In this document: positions 19,462-34,799 of the stretch, one piece after another
Layout: every line of letters begins with the position of its first letter
Position numbering within the stretch: the first letter of the stretch is position 1
From: the human T2T-CHM13v2.0 reference genome, Homo sapiens
Length of the DNA stretch: 64,000 nt
NCBI RefSeq assembly: GCF_009914755.1
Contig: NC_060929.1
Strand: one strand, 5' to 3'
Notes under the pieces: model-generated
Database searches by the model: none
The model's input: the letters and a program-made list of their open reading frames with translations, nothing else
Told to the model about the DNA's origin: nothing
Translations under genes and position numbers: made by a program

Positions 19462-20652
19462 TCTAGGGCTCCAGATTTTTCATTCTATGTTGCTACTGCT
19501 AAAGACAATGTTTCCATAAATCAGCCTGATGTGATTAATCAGGGTTAACGTTTGATGACGGCTGGAATACAATGCATTCCCATTGTAAGTTTCCAAATCT
19601 GATGCTTATCTGTGAAAACACACTTTTTCATTTTATCATTATCATATCAGGAAGCTCTAACCAAAGCCTCAAATTCTTGAACTACAGAAGGTCTAGGAAG
19701 CTTTGAAACAGGCAAAATTTTGTGTGCACTTTTTAAAGGGATAAAGACCCTGAAATTTCATATGGGTCTCAAGAGGGTCTGTCACCCCAAAAGGTTAACA
19801 GTCATTGTAATTGTATTTTTCCTACATCAGGCCCTATTTGTGATCATTTGTTGAATAATTTCTGACACCTATTCTAGATGTTGGTCCAGGTGGGTATGTC
19901 CTCTAGAAGGCTGGATATAAGGGTCTAAAACAGAGCTCAAGAGAAAGATTTGAGTACAAAAAGACAATTCAATAAATCATAAACATATACATGTTAAAGC
20001 AGTGGAAGTAAAGATCCTTCCTCCTATAGCATACAGTACTACCGTGAAAAGGAAACAAACTAGACTAGGGAACATATATATGAGAAGCCTAGGCTGATGA
20101 AAAGGAGCCAGGGAGGCCGGAAATAAAGGAGAACTTGAATCACGAAGTGCTTCGCTAGAGGAAAAAAAAAAAACTGTCCGAAGTGTCTACTGGGTTTGGC
20201 CACTAGGAGGACCCAGAACACTTTACCAGACAATTCCAGAGAATTAGTTGGGGGAGACTCACTGCGTCAAAAATTTAAGAATGGAAGGTGAGGACAGTAA
20301 ATCTAGCATAAGCAGCTTGCCTTAAGCTTCTTGAAATCAAAGAAGCAGGCAAGATGACAGCTGTGAGCCCACTGGGTACAAAAGCAGTTTGGGTCATTAC
20401 TTTAGTGAGGCTCCGTTGGCTGCAAATTTCAAGAGAAAGAGATGGACTTTTCAGAGAAGAGTAAGAGAAGGGAGGACCAAGCTGGGGTGTGGGGAGGGGG
20501 CTGATCCTCCATGTTATAAACGCACTTTCAGAAAGACACTGAAAAGTGCCTTAAAAACAAAAAACTTTGAGCTTGCCAAATACCCATGGCCTTTCCTACC
20601 ACTTATCTTCTCACAACCCCCAAATGCTTTACAAAAAAAAAAAGTTGGCAGA

Positions 20653-20693
20653 AGGGGTATAGCTCAGTGGTAGAGCATTTGACTGCAGATCAA
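20653..20693 (+). pseudogene. Retroposed 5' fragment (nt 1-41) of tRNA-Cys(GCA)
   Basis: AGGGGTATAGCTCAGTGGTAGAGCATTTGACTGCAGATCAA matches the human tRNA-Cys-GCA 5' part (anticodon GCA at 20685-20687). No T-arm or 3' acceptor strand. Flanked by perfect C(A)11GTT direct repeats. Confidence 0.92.
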
Positions 20694-20779
20694 AAAAAAA
20701 AAGTTTCCCCCGAGTTTAGAATAAAGAATCTTCACAAAAGTTAAACCTCTTCAAAGTAGCGTCAGCCTTAGATATTACG

Positions 20780-21260
20780 TCCAAGACATCATTTGACGCA
20801 CCCAGACCCCCGCTCAGAGCACATCCTTGACTCACCAGCCTCTCTCTGACTCTGTCCTTGCGGAGGGACCGCCTCACAGGACAGAGCCCCACTGGCCCCA
20901 GGAGCCTTGCGAGCTGGTCCTGCGGGGCTGCTCTGCCAGACCAGGTCGGAAAGGAGGGGCCAGCCAGAGCCCTAAGCCAGGGCAGCCACAGACACAGCCT
21001 GTAGCCCCACTGCTGTCCGCTGACCCCGCCATTCTCACCACCTGACCTCTAGGAACACGCCCACAGGTCAAAGGCCTTTCCAGAAACCTCTGACCCTGCC
21101 AGACCCCGCCCCCAGGTCCTCAGAGGCCACGCCCCTTCCTGTGGCCTCGCACGGCCTCGCCCTTTCCCGAGGCCTGCGCGGGGGAAGGGGTGGTGTCCTT
21201 TATCTGGGGGGTGTCCTTTATCTGGGTACTGAGCTCCGAGTGCCATTTCAGTGCCCACTG
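20780..21260. promoter_or_regulatory. GC/CpG-enriched intergenic candidate enhancer or promoter
   Basis: AP-1 TGACTCA at 20828-20834, GC box at 21104-21113, KLF/SP GGCCACGCCCC at 21125-21135, two GATA sites (TTATCT at 21200 and 21218). Confidence 0.5.
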
Positions 21261-21419
21261 AGCAAGAGAGGCTGCTCGATGCTTTCCAAAGGCCCATTCT
21301 GGGCACTGGGGATAGAGAAGTGGAAAAGCAAAGTTCTTTCCTTCAAGGACCTTCTATACCATGGGGGAGACAGACCACGAACTGATACCCAAATTAAATC
21401 TCTTAACGGGTGGTAGTGA

Positions 21420-21855
21420 TGTGGGGCAGGTGAGCCCCAAAGTGGAGCTTAGCCCACGAGAGTTCTTGGCTTTGCCCAGGAAAGAATTCAACGGCAAGCC
21501 AGAGGTAGAAGAAAACAGCTTTCTTGAAGAGGCAGAGCAGGGCTACCCCATTGACAGTGGGTAGCAGCTCAGGGCAGTTTTGCAGTCATGTTTATTACTA
21601 CTTTTAATTACATGTAGATTAAGGGGAGGTTTATGCAGACACTTCCAGAGAAGGAGTAGTAACTTTGGGGTCATTGGGTCATTACCATGGAAAGGGGCCC
21701 TAACGCCAGGGTGTTGTCATAGCAACTGCAAACCGACGTAGCACCCTGGTGGGCTGATTGAAAGCTACTTTGGCCCTGGCCCTGTTTTAGCCAGTCCTCA
21801 ATCTGGTCCGGTGTCCGACGCCTGCGTCTGGAGTCAAGTCCCACCTTTTACCTCA
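21420..21855 (-). mobile_element. Solo ERV1 LTR (LTR9-like)
   Basis: TG...CA termini and 4-bp TSD GTGA; minus strand begins TGAGGTAAAAGGTGGGACTTGACTCCAG. Confidence 0.8.
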
Positions 21856-21870
21856 GTGATAAGTGCTCTA

Positions 21871-22445
<575 letters not shown>

Positions 22446-22858
22446 TGAAACAAGAAGAACTCTTTTGGATAAGGTAATCTTTGATCAGTCTTGAAAGGAA
22501 TGAGGGTAGAAACTACTAGGTATTGGTACCTTCCAGGCAGAAGGACCAACAAGCACGAATGTACTGGGGCCGTCAGTGTGACTGAAGCAGAGGGAGCTGG
22601 GGAGAGGGTCATGGCAGTGGGGAATATGCTCGCTCCTCTGCCCTCGGATGGAGTGAGGCTGCTGTGTTCTTCTAGACCTGGTAAGGACTGGACATACCTA
22701 CAGGCTGGACAGTGTGACACAGAAGCCATATGACTTCCCGTGTGTGCGCTTCAGTCATCCACATAACCAGCAATCAAACAGGCAAGACGGTGTTGGTGCA
22801 ACAGTTACATTGTACTAAGAAGCAGGCAGCTTTTTCAACCATGTAAGATAATTATTTT

Positions 22859-23014
22859 TAGAATTACCAGATATTATACAAAATGCCCAGTTAAATTTCA
22901 GATAAGCAACAAACTTTTTAGTATGCATATATCCTATGCAAAAATTATGTGTTATTTATCTAAAGTTAAACTGGGTGTTACTTGTATTTTCATTTGCTGA
23001 ATCTGGCAAATCTA
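22859..23014. mobile_element. MER53-like palindromic MITE
   Basis: TTACCAGAT...GCCCAGTTAAATTTCAGATAA and TTATCTAAAGTTAAACTGGGT...ATCTGGCAA inverted arms. Confidence 0.75.
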
Positions 23015-23268
23015 ATATTGGAGTCAAAATGCCAAGTTTGGAAACTTAAGAGCAGTGCTGTGCCAAACTATATTGAAGCCTGAGGCAAAATGAAAAACGT
23101 ATGCTTCTTACGTACGTTTTCGTGTTTTTGTTAATTTTTACACATTAAATTGGTTGACAATATTGAAAGTTGGTATATTAAAACTCATATTAAGTTTAAA
23201 TATTTTATACCAATGACTTTAATGGAAGTAAACTGATCAATAAAATTGTCAAAATCTACTCTTCTTAA

Positions 23269-23573
<305 letters not shown>

Positions 23574-23620
23574 TCTTAAATAATTCTTAATTAACTTCAG
23601 GATTTTGCAGGATACCATGG

Positions 23621-24331
23621 TGCATTGGTCTGTTCTTGCATTGCCATAAAGAAATACCTGAAAATGGGTAATTTATAAAGAAAAGAGGTTTATTGGCTCA
23701 TGGTTCTACAGGCTGTACAGGAAGTGTAGTGGCTTCCATTTCTGGAGAGGCCTCAGGAAACTATGAATCATGGCTAAAGGCAAAGGGGAAGCAAGCACAT
23801 CTTACATGGCTGGAGAAGGAGCAAGAGCAAGAGAACGAGACAGTGAGAGAGACAGAGAGAGAGAGAGAGAGGAGGTGCTACATTTTCTTTTTGAGACAGG
23901 TCTCTGTCACCCAGGCTGGTGTGCAGTGACACAGTCTTGGCTCACTGCAGCCTCCACTTCCCGGGCTCAGGCAATTCTCCAACCTCAGCCTCCTGAGTAG
24001 CTGGGACTACAGGAGTGAGCCACTATGCCCAGTTAATTTTTGTAGTTTTTGTAGGGATGAGGTTTCACCATATTGCCTAGGCTGGTCTTGAACTCCTGAG
24101 CTCAAAGCAATCCGCCCGCCTCAGCCTCCCAAAGTGTATACACACTTTTAAACAACCGGATCTCACAATAACTCACTATCAAGAGAACAGCACCAAGGGA
24201 ATGGTGCTAAACCATTCATGAAGGACCGCCTCCATTATATGATCTAATCACCGACTACCAGGCCCATGACCAACACTGAAGATTACAATTTGACATGAGA
24301 TTTGGTGGGGACACAGATCCAAACTATATCA
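23621..24331. mobile_element. MaLR MST-type LTR interrupted by an AluJ (~23882-24136, minus)
   Basis: ATAAAGAAATACCTGA...GGTAATTTATAAAGAAAAGAGGTTT start and GATCCAAACTATATCA end. Confidence 0.85.
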
Positions 24332-24455
24332 CACTGTGACTGGTATTGTTTTAAAAAAATTATCAGGACCATTTTGAAATTTGGGTAAGGCTGCCCGAAG
24401 AAAAATTTGCAAATCCGTTTTAGAGGATACAAACATCATGATTTTATATTACAAA

Positions 24456-24880
24456 TGTGAACAAAAGTTCCCTGGAAGAAAGAGACTTTATTCCAGTGAA
24501 TAGTTTGCAAACTAGGGAGTCCAACACAGCCTTCAATGTAAAAGGAAGGTGCGGTCCAAAGAACAAAGGAAGGGTTCTAGCTTTATAGCAAAAGTTCCTG
24601 CCCTGGTTCCCAATCAGGTGCACTGATACAAATGAGATGGAAACACAGTTCTGATTGGTTGATACAACTGAGCAGCAAGGGAGGTGGGCTCTGATTGGCT
24701 GGTTCAGGTGAGCTCTGAAAGTTCCAAAGTTAAAGAGGTGTGGGTTTTCAGGGAACTCAAAATAGGTGTGTGGCCTCTAGTCACCAAATGGCTTCTTGGC
24801 TCTGCTTTAAATTTAGGCCCACTCAGCCACTTAAGATCCATCTTGAAGGACTGGCTCTTTCAGGGTCACATTTGTTCATG
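24456..24880 (-). mobile_element. Solo ERV1-type LTR with three CCAAT boxes
   Basis: TGTGAACAAA...TTTGTTCATG inverted ends, CAAA flanks, minus-strand TATA-like (~24585) and AATAAA (24487-24492). Confidence 0.7.
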
Positions 24881-24964
24881 CAAACTATTGATATTGCATG
24901 CTATTTACCACTATTTCAGATGAAATTGCCACAGGATATAAATCATTGGACTATTTAAGAGGTA

Positions 24965-25940
24965 AGTCAAGGCCATGGCTGCTTTTTGTTAATCAGATGT
25001 ATTCGTAGAAAATTTCTCCAAGTAAAAATACAAAAATACTTCATTTGATTTTTCATATCTCCATCTCTAGGACATCTGTAATCTCTTTAATTTCTATTCG
25101 ACGAACACTTTTCCCACAATAATTGATATACTCATTCAGTAATTTGTATATTTCTGATTTTTCTTTAAGTATATTTATATCTCTTTTAAAGTTTTACATT
25201 AACGAAACATAACTTTAAGTTACTTTCTCTCATTTGTTATAAGCAAACGAATAGGCCTTTTCTTAAGCATGCAGCTTTGTATATAGTCTTTTTTTTCATA
25301 AACCTTTTTCTACTATATTTAGTTCAAAATGCCATGCCACATAGACAAGTTACATGAAAATTTGTAATCTGTTCACACAAAGATGGTTCCTATTTCAGGA
25401 TATTGTATTTTGTCATTTTATGTTCTTTTAATATTTGACAAACATCTTTGTGTAAAGTACCTTGATCATATTTGACTTTGATGCCTCTCAGGATTTGTTT
25501 TTAATGTAGTTTTTAGAACAAGCATAACATTCCACTGCTCAATGAATTCATAAAAGATTATGTATCATTTGTACACACTAAAAAGGTTATATTTTAATTC
25601 ATAGAAGCAGCATTTTTGCACAGATTATGAACTTATTTGGCATAACCATTTTGGGGGAAAATAATGGCTTTTCCACCCTTATATACACACCTGCTGTATT
25701 TGTCCAATTATATCCATGGCCTCAAAGATATTTTATGTCAATATCTTTTTTCAATTTATTAATAATTTCATAAGAGCCTATATCTCTTTTCTCAAAATAA
25801 AAAACTTCTAGTGTTATGACATTATTCTTATGCAAACATACTTAATAATCAGATACATTTGTTCATGATGGGCTATATCTGATGTACAAAGAGTAAGGAA
25901 AAGTATTTTGCTTTAGTCTCAATAGTATATCAGATCTAAC
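24965..25940 (-). mobile_element. hAT-Tip100 (Zaphod-like) transposase remnant
   Basis: Minus strand translates to TSDIAHHEQMYLIIKYV near 25885-25835, resembling the hAT D..H.EQ.S...RYV motif, followed by further degenerate transposase-like sequence. Confidence 0.55.
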
Positions 25941-25949
25941 ATGATTTCC

Positions 25950-26283
25950 TAGTAGTTTTATGTGTTCTCCCAAAATTCATATGCTAAAGTCCTAACCCAA
26001 TATGTGACTGTATTTGGCAACAGGGCATTAAAGACATAATTAAAGTAAAATGAGTTCATATGTGCAGGCTTTAATCCGATATGACATAGACAACACATAG
26101 ACCAAGAGGTGACATAGACAACACACAGACCAAGCCAGGCAGTGAGGCCTCAGAAGAAACACAACCTGTTGACACCTTGATCCTAGACTTCTAGCCTCTG
26201 GAACAGTAAGAAAACAAATTCCTTTTGTTTGATCCACCCAGTGTGTGGTATTTTGTTATTGTAGCCCTATCAAATTATATACA
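25950..26283. mobile_element. MLT1 (MaLR) LTR with an internal 28-bp tandem duplication
   Basis: CCCAAAATTCATATG...GTGGTATTTTGTTAT; TGACATAGACAACACA(T/C)AGACCAAG twice at 26082-26134. Confidence 0.8.
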
Positions 26284-27870
26284 TTATAAATTCATTTTGA
26301 ATTCTATTAGACAAATAAGACACAAATTCCTTTTTATGATTAGCTACATCAACATTATAGTGACTAATTCAACGAAATTAAGAAACATAACATTTGTGTT
26401 TTTCACTTTTAGAAGCAACTTACTATGGCTACTAAAATAATGTCCAAAGCATAACTGACCGGCAGTTGGGAGACAAAAGGGTATATGATACTTAATTCTA
26501 TGTGTCAACTTGGCTAGACAATAGTGATCATTTGTTTGGTAAAATTCTAGTTTAGATCTTCATCTCACCATCTTAGTTTTAACCAAACAAAAAAATTTAT
26601 GTTGCCAGGCAAACAAGAGAGGACTATACAAAATATAACTATCAAAAAATGGCAAAGGCAGGGGGAGGTACCATGGGAGATAGTGAATATAAACTAAATG
26701 ATCATCTCTCAAATTTCTGAAGTGGAAAAATCAAGGAACAGCATTTTATAAGCATTTAATAGGCAGAAAAATTTAAAATAATTTGAAAAGGTTCCTCTAG
26801 GAAGGGGGACTAGGAGTTGGCAGTAAGGTGGGACAGCAACTATTTAGGGTAATTTCCTTTGTCCCTTATTTTTTAAGCCACGTGCATGTATTTTAAACTA
26901 GGATAGCACAGTAAACAAATTCCTGCTCATACTTCAAGACCCAGCTCCAACGGTGCCTACTGTAGTGCCAACTTCTTGGTTAAAGTAGACCTTCACTCTA
27001 CTGTGCTCCTCAAGCACATTCTCTGTTACCAGACTTCTCACATTTCACACACCTATTTATGAGTCCCTTCCATTGCTCAGAATTCTTTAAAGATAAAGAC
27101 AGTCTTTATGTTTCCCCATCAAATCTTTAATAACTGTTAAATGCATGAAAATATAAATTTTGTTTTAGAGCAAAGGCTTTTGGAAGCTGCCACAGTTTCA
27201 TTCCCAGGTCCTCCACTTACCAGCAATGAGACTTCATGTGACCTCAGGTATATTACCTAACCTTTCTGACGTTCTGCTTCTTATGTATTCGTTCTGAAGA
27301 GTTGCTGAATGCAGTAATAGACTGTAACATCCCTAGCACAGTACCAAATGCATAATGAAACGCTCAATAACTCTTTACTGCCCTAGTGAACATATTAATG
27401 CCAAGCTCAATTAATAAGGATTGCTGAAAGCAGTGCCCTGGCTCTAAGACAGAAGTTATCTCATGCTTGTTCCCAGGACCATGCTGGGATTGATAGGCAG
27501 ACATCAACATATAATAAGATTCTTTAACGGCTGATTCCATGCTTAATGTCAGAAATGCTCAAGATGAGTGTGAAGCGTCTTGTTATACTAGGTAACAAAA
27601 GAAGATATGAAAGATAAGGTTTTCTGTATCAGTATAGGAAAAATGATTTTTTAAAAAATGAATAGGCCACTTCTACTTCCAAGATAGAGTAGCTTATGGT
27701 AGACCAATTTTCATTCCTAGAATAAAGCTGAATAAAATCTCTTAAAATTGTTGGAAGACATCAGTCAATTGCTGAAGCAAAAAGAGTTTGAGCATCAAGA
27801 TCCTGAAGAAGGATAAATCTTGTGGGTGAGCCAAAAGTCTGTAGTCTCTTTTATCCTTAAACAATTTACT

Positions 27871-28206
<336 letters not shown>

Positions 28207-29024
28207 TACTGATTGTAGCCATGGGGTAAGAATGAGGATCCAGAGCAATGGGCAACTACTAAGAGGCAGAGAAACCAAAATAATTTTTGACAGTGTCAAG
28301 GGGCATTGAAAAACCAAAATTAGCCAGTAGTTTCTCAGAATATTGAATAAGAGGGAGGAGTGGAGAACTTGGCCACTCAGCCTGTTTACCCACTGAGGCA
28401 TTTTCTGAATTCTGACGCTGTGCAGAATGCAAGGCTAAGAAGGTAAGCAAAAAATATCTGCTTAGATTCAAAAATTCAAATTCTTTGAAAAGGAGGATAA
28501 ATTTTTTGGGCTGAGTCTGGTACTGAGAAGACAAGAATTAGAGTTGAGGAACTGCCAGTGGAAACAGATCCAGTGAACACACTAGGCTCTCAATTAGAAA
28601 ATCCTGGAGGACTACATCCTATAAGGGGGGAAATAAGGGTAAACCAGAGATAGAGTCTTAAGAAAACTACCACCCAGTCTTAATTTTAAGTCAGCTCAGA
28701 TCCTTACTGGATTAAGGTGATTGATCCCCACTCTGCATAGTAGAGGAAAGGGTGAGCCCTTTGTGCAGGAGGTTATCCATCCAGAGGCTCTACAATTTGT
28801 CATACACATTCAATCAAAAATTGCCAGGCATATCAACAGAGTGGACCAAATGACCAGAAACTAAGGAGGGAAAAAGACAATAGAAAGAGAGCCATAGAAA
28901 ATCGAAATCATGGCGTTATCGGACAAAAAAATTCACATAACTGATTTATCAGTCCGAGAAAAACACAGAGAAAACAGAAGACAGATTCTCCAGAGAGTTA
29001 AAATCCATTAAAAGGACATGAATG

Positions 29025-29540
<516 letters not shown>

Positions 29541-30135
29541 TCAGAGCAGATAGAGAAAAAATGGGACAGAAACAATAGTTGAAGATATAATGTCTGAGAA
29601 ATTTCCAAAATTGATCAGACATCAACCCAGAAATTCAAGAAGCTAAATGCCAAGCAAGAAAAGAAAAAGAAACCCATACTAAGTACACCATAGTAAAACT
29701 ACTGAAAACCAAAAAGAAAAAAATCTTTAAAGCAGCCAGGTGAAGGCAAAATCACCTTCAAAGGAACAACAAAGGACCAGATAGCGACTTTTCAACAGAA
29801 ATGGTATAAGCCAGAAAACAAAGAATTACATCTTTAAAGTCCTTAAACAGACTCCTGTATGCACTTGATAGAAGACAGAATTAGTGAACTTTGTACAAAA
29901 CAGCTATAAAGTTCTCCCCAAATATAGCATATATATAAAAATATGAAAGACAGATTAAGAGATAATATCATGATATGATCCAACTTACATTTAATCAGTT
30001 ACAGAAGAAACAGACAATGCTGAAAGAAAAAATCATTTAATTTTCCACAATTGATTAAGGATACCATTGTACAAATTCAAGAATCCAAAAAAGTCTCAAA
30101 CAGGAAAAGAAAAAACCTACAAACAAACCACCTAG

Positions 30136-30310
30136 TGTGCCAGTCACGTTTCTATTCTCAGCTGCAAGCTCATCCTTGTAGTCTCTACTGTTCTACTGTA
30201 GCTGCCACTCTGTAAACTACATTTCCCAGATTCCCTTATCAGCTGGCTTCCTGTTAGGGTCTACCAATGGAAGCCACTAGAGGGAGATTAGACGGCAGTA
30301 GATAGCAATT
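30136..30310. mobile_element. ERVL LTR33-like fragment
   Basis: AAACTACATTTCCCAGATTCCCTT...GCTGGCTTCCTGTTAGG...CCAATGG signature. Confidence 0.55.
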
Positions 30311-30806
30311 GCCCTAGACCCAGTGGTTTTTTGCATGAGACAATTTTATATATTAAGCCCCTGAGATTTAAGGATTATTACTACAGAAAAAGCCCATCCT
30401 ATCCTAATAAAATATGCAAAAAATTAAAAGTAGAACTTTACACTTCATACCACGTATAAAGATAAACCTAAATGACAAAGACTATATAGCTTTCAGAAGA
30501 GAACACAGGAAACATCCTCATGATCTTGGGGTATAGAAGGATTTCTCAAATAAGACATAAAAAACATAAATCAAAAAGAAAAAGCTTGATAGATTTGACA
30601 TAAAAATTAAAAGCTCCTGTTTATCAAAAGACAGAACTAAAATAGTGAAAAGACAAGCCACAGAAGATATTTGCAAAATATATAACAAAGAACTTGTGTA
30701 CATATTTTAAAATTTGTATGAATAAGAACACTTGAAGAAACCTAATAACTAATAAACATGAAAAGTTGTTCAACATTATCAGTAATGTTCAAATAGACAC
30801 TATACA

Positions 30807-32150
<1,344 letters not shown>

Positions 32151-32489
32151 TCATATTTTTTTAAGTATACATCTGTGTATCATGAACAATTCTTATCTCA
32201 AAATTTAAAAATGAAGTACACATTATAACAGCATTACAATCATGAACACATGTGCTATGTTCTCTGGGAGACAAAGAGAAACTATTTACCCTACTTTCCA
32301 GAAAAGGACACTGACACTTAGAGGGAACACAAGTGTTGAAACCAGGTCTGAAATCCAAGACCCAAGATGCTTTTTTGCTGCTAAAGCATTCATTATCCAG
32401 ACTCTGCCTGCATGAAGGTGATGCATAGGAAATGATGAACCTGGTAAAAGCTTCCAGTCTTAAAAATACTCCAAGTAAGGCTCTTTAAG

Positions 32490-32883
32490 GCTTCTGGTAG
32501 GGACATTTTATTTTTTGGTAAAGCCACAATAGATAGAAATGCCATAAAAACAAACATGTAAACAAGGTATCAGAACTTTGGTTCACTGAAACATCTCACA
32601 CCTAAAACACCTGAGGTACAAAGGCACCTTGCTAGGCGCTAGACAGCTAACTCTGCTGCAGCCACTTTGATCCTAGCCTTGGGGCCAGGGATGGCACAGG
32701 CTGAATGGAAGGGCTGGGACTTCAGTCACACAGGAGTCGCCCTAGTATGGTCTCCCTCTGCTCCAGACAAACATTCATTTCTCCAAAAATCAGCCTGATA
32801 GGAACATACAAAGGAACATACAAAGGTGTCTGTCACGTTGACATGGGCTGAAGGACCAGGAAGGGGAAGGACAGAAAAGGATG
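32490..32883 (-). other. P4HA2: P4HA2 3'UTR (proximal poly(A) form)
   Basis: Lies between the stop codon and the AATAAA-defined cleavage region; contains a 12-bp tandem duplication at 32800-32826. Confidence 0.7.
32507..32512 (-). terminator. P4HA2: P4HA2 polyadenylation signal AATAAA
   Basis: TTTATT on the plus strand about 370 nt past the stop codon. Confidence 0.75.
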
Positions 32884-32954
32884 TCAGTCAACTTCTGTTG
32901 ATCCACAAGGTCTCAAGAACTCCTGTCCTCGTTCATGGAACCACTTATTGGAGA
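32884..32954 (-). CDS. P4HA2: P4HA2 last coding exon ((V)SNKWFHERGQEFLRPCGSTEVD*)
   Basis: ttcacag| acceptor, 71 nt, TGA at 32886-32884; contains the 2-oxoglutarate-binding Lys. Confidence 0.97.
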
Positions 32955-34799
32955 CTGTGAAAAGAAAGCAAGCATGTTACAATCCTATTGGTCAGTTTAG
33001 TAGCCTGAATGAATGACTCCTTCATGATGACCCCCTGCACTGTGCCCTGGAATCAGACACAAATAAGACAAGACATGATCTCAGGCCTCAATTTGCTGAA
33101 GAATTGGTAAGGAAGACACATGTAAACAGATAATTGTATGAAATTCTGCCAGTGGGACAAGATACATGTGTGCAGGTTGCCATGGGAATAGCACCCAAGG
33201 GCATCTAATCATGCCCTTTCATGCCCATGACCTTTGATGCCCTTTGGCTCTATTCCCATGGCAACCTGCACACATGTTTCTTGCTCTTAGAGGGAAGAGG
33301 AAATCCTAGGGCTAGAATATAAAGCTACATAGAAGTTATCCTGGGAAGAAGATGGGCATACCCAGATGGTTCTCTCACCAAGAGGGTCCCAGGAGTGACA
33401 ACAGGATGAGAAAGTAATCAAGGCAGAAGCCACCCTGACGTGTGTTGGGGACTCAAGAGGCCTAATATTACTGGGAGGTGGCAGGTAGAAACTGAGAGGT
33501 AGGGTGTGAGGATGAGGAAGACTGTCAGCATTGCAGAGGGCTTGGACATTAACCTCAGGAGCCGTGGACCAGCAGATCCAGTCTGTATGCCATGGGCACA
33601 AGAGCAACAGAGCTGCTGCCAGCACTATCACCCCACGCCATATCTTCAAACACACAGGAACCATGATTCTGTTCCTCACAGACTCTCTCATAATGAATAA
33701 AAATTTTATTTCAATGCACTACTGAAGTCACAGAGCTTTTAAAATATAAAGTAATAACATGTACTTCATTGAAAAAAATAAAATTGTCGCAAGGCTTATA
33801 ATGATAAATAGCACTCCTCCTAAGCCTCTCCTTCCCATCCCTAATCTCCACTCCCAGGGAACATTAAACTCCTCTAGCTGTTTCTTCTGATATTTAACCT
33901 CATTTTTCTAGATAAGATGCTTATAGTTCTATTCCTTGACTTTCAACTTTGGAATTCTTTTATTCTACCCCTAAAACACAAACTCATCCCCTCCCACCTT
34001 TCCAGTACAGGTAAATCATAAGTTTTAGTTAAAGTAATACTCAGTGTGTACATAATTATATCATGTGTTACACCTGAGCCATCTAGTAGATTATACTTAC
34101 ATTTCCTTTCTTGTACAACTTTTTTTCCCCTGAATTCAGCAACTGCCTTGTTTTCTTTTCCATTTGCTTAATTATCTGCAAACCTATCACTATTTATCTT
34201 CAAAACTCTCCAAGGGGGCTACACACTCATCTCCTTACAAACACTTCCTGTCATATCCTGGTTTGAGCCTCTCCGAGGCTCACCACAACTGCTCCCAGGA
34301 TAAGGCTCAAGCTTGAGCCTCTGCAGTTTGGTCCCAGCCTCCAGCCTCATCTTCTGGCCCCTGTGCCACAGGCCTCCCTTTCTTCAAGTGACAAGGGAGC
34401 CAGCCCCCACACCCGTATGCTGGTTTTAGCCTGTGCCTCCATCCATATGGGCCTTGTTTGCCTGAGACACTCTTTCCCCTCACTGCTTCCAGCTCTCCAC
34501 TCTGCTCCCTCAGAAGCCTTGCCAGAGGGTCCTGGACCTATGGTGCTTATGCAGCTATTCGTCCTCAGGCCTTCTTCAGCTTCCTGTGTATCTCTGAGTG
34601 TTTCCAACCAGCTGCCTTGGCATTTACCAGCTGCATGGACATTACATGGCTGGATGGTAATAACAGCAGAAAAAAACCTAAGAAGGGAGACAGTCTCAGC
34701 AAATTTGGCAGCAGTTGCCTCCCAGCTCAGAATCTAAGGCCAATAAGCAAAGCCCAAGCTGAGGCCACCAACACCAACACTACCCCTTAAGACACTCAC

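Noticed and set aside
20653-20725. Functional tRNA-Cys gene
   Set aside because: Lacks the T-arm/B box and the 3' acceptor stem; it is a retroposed fragment.
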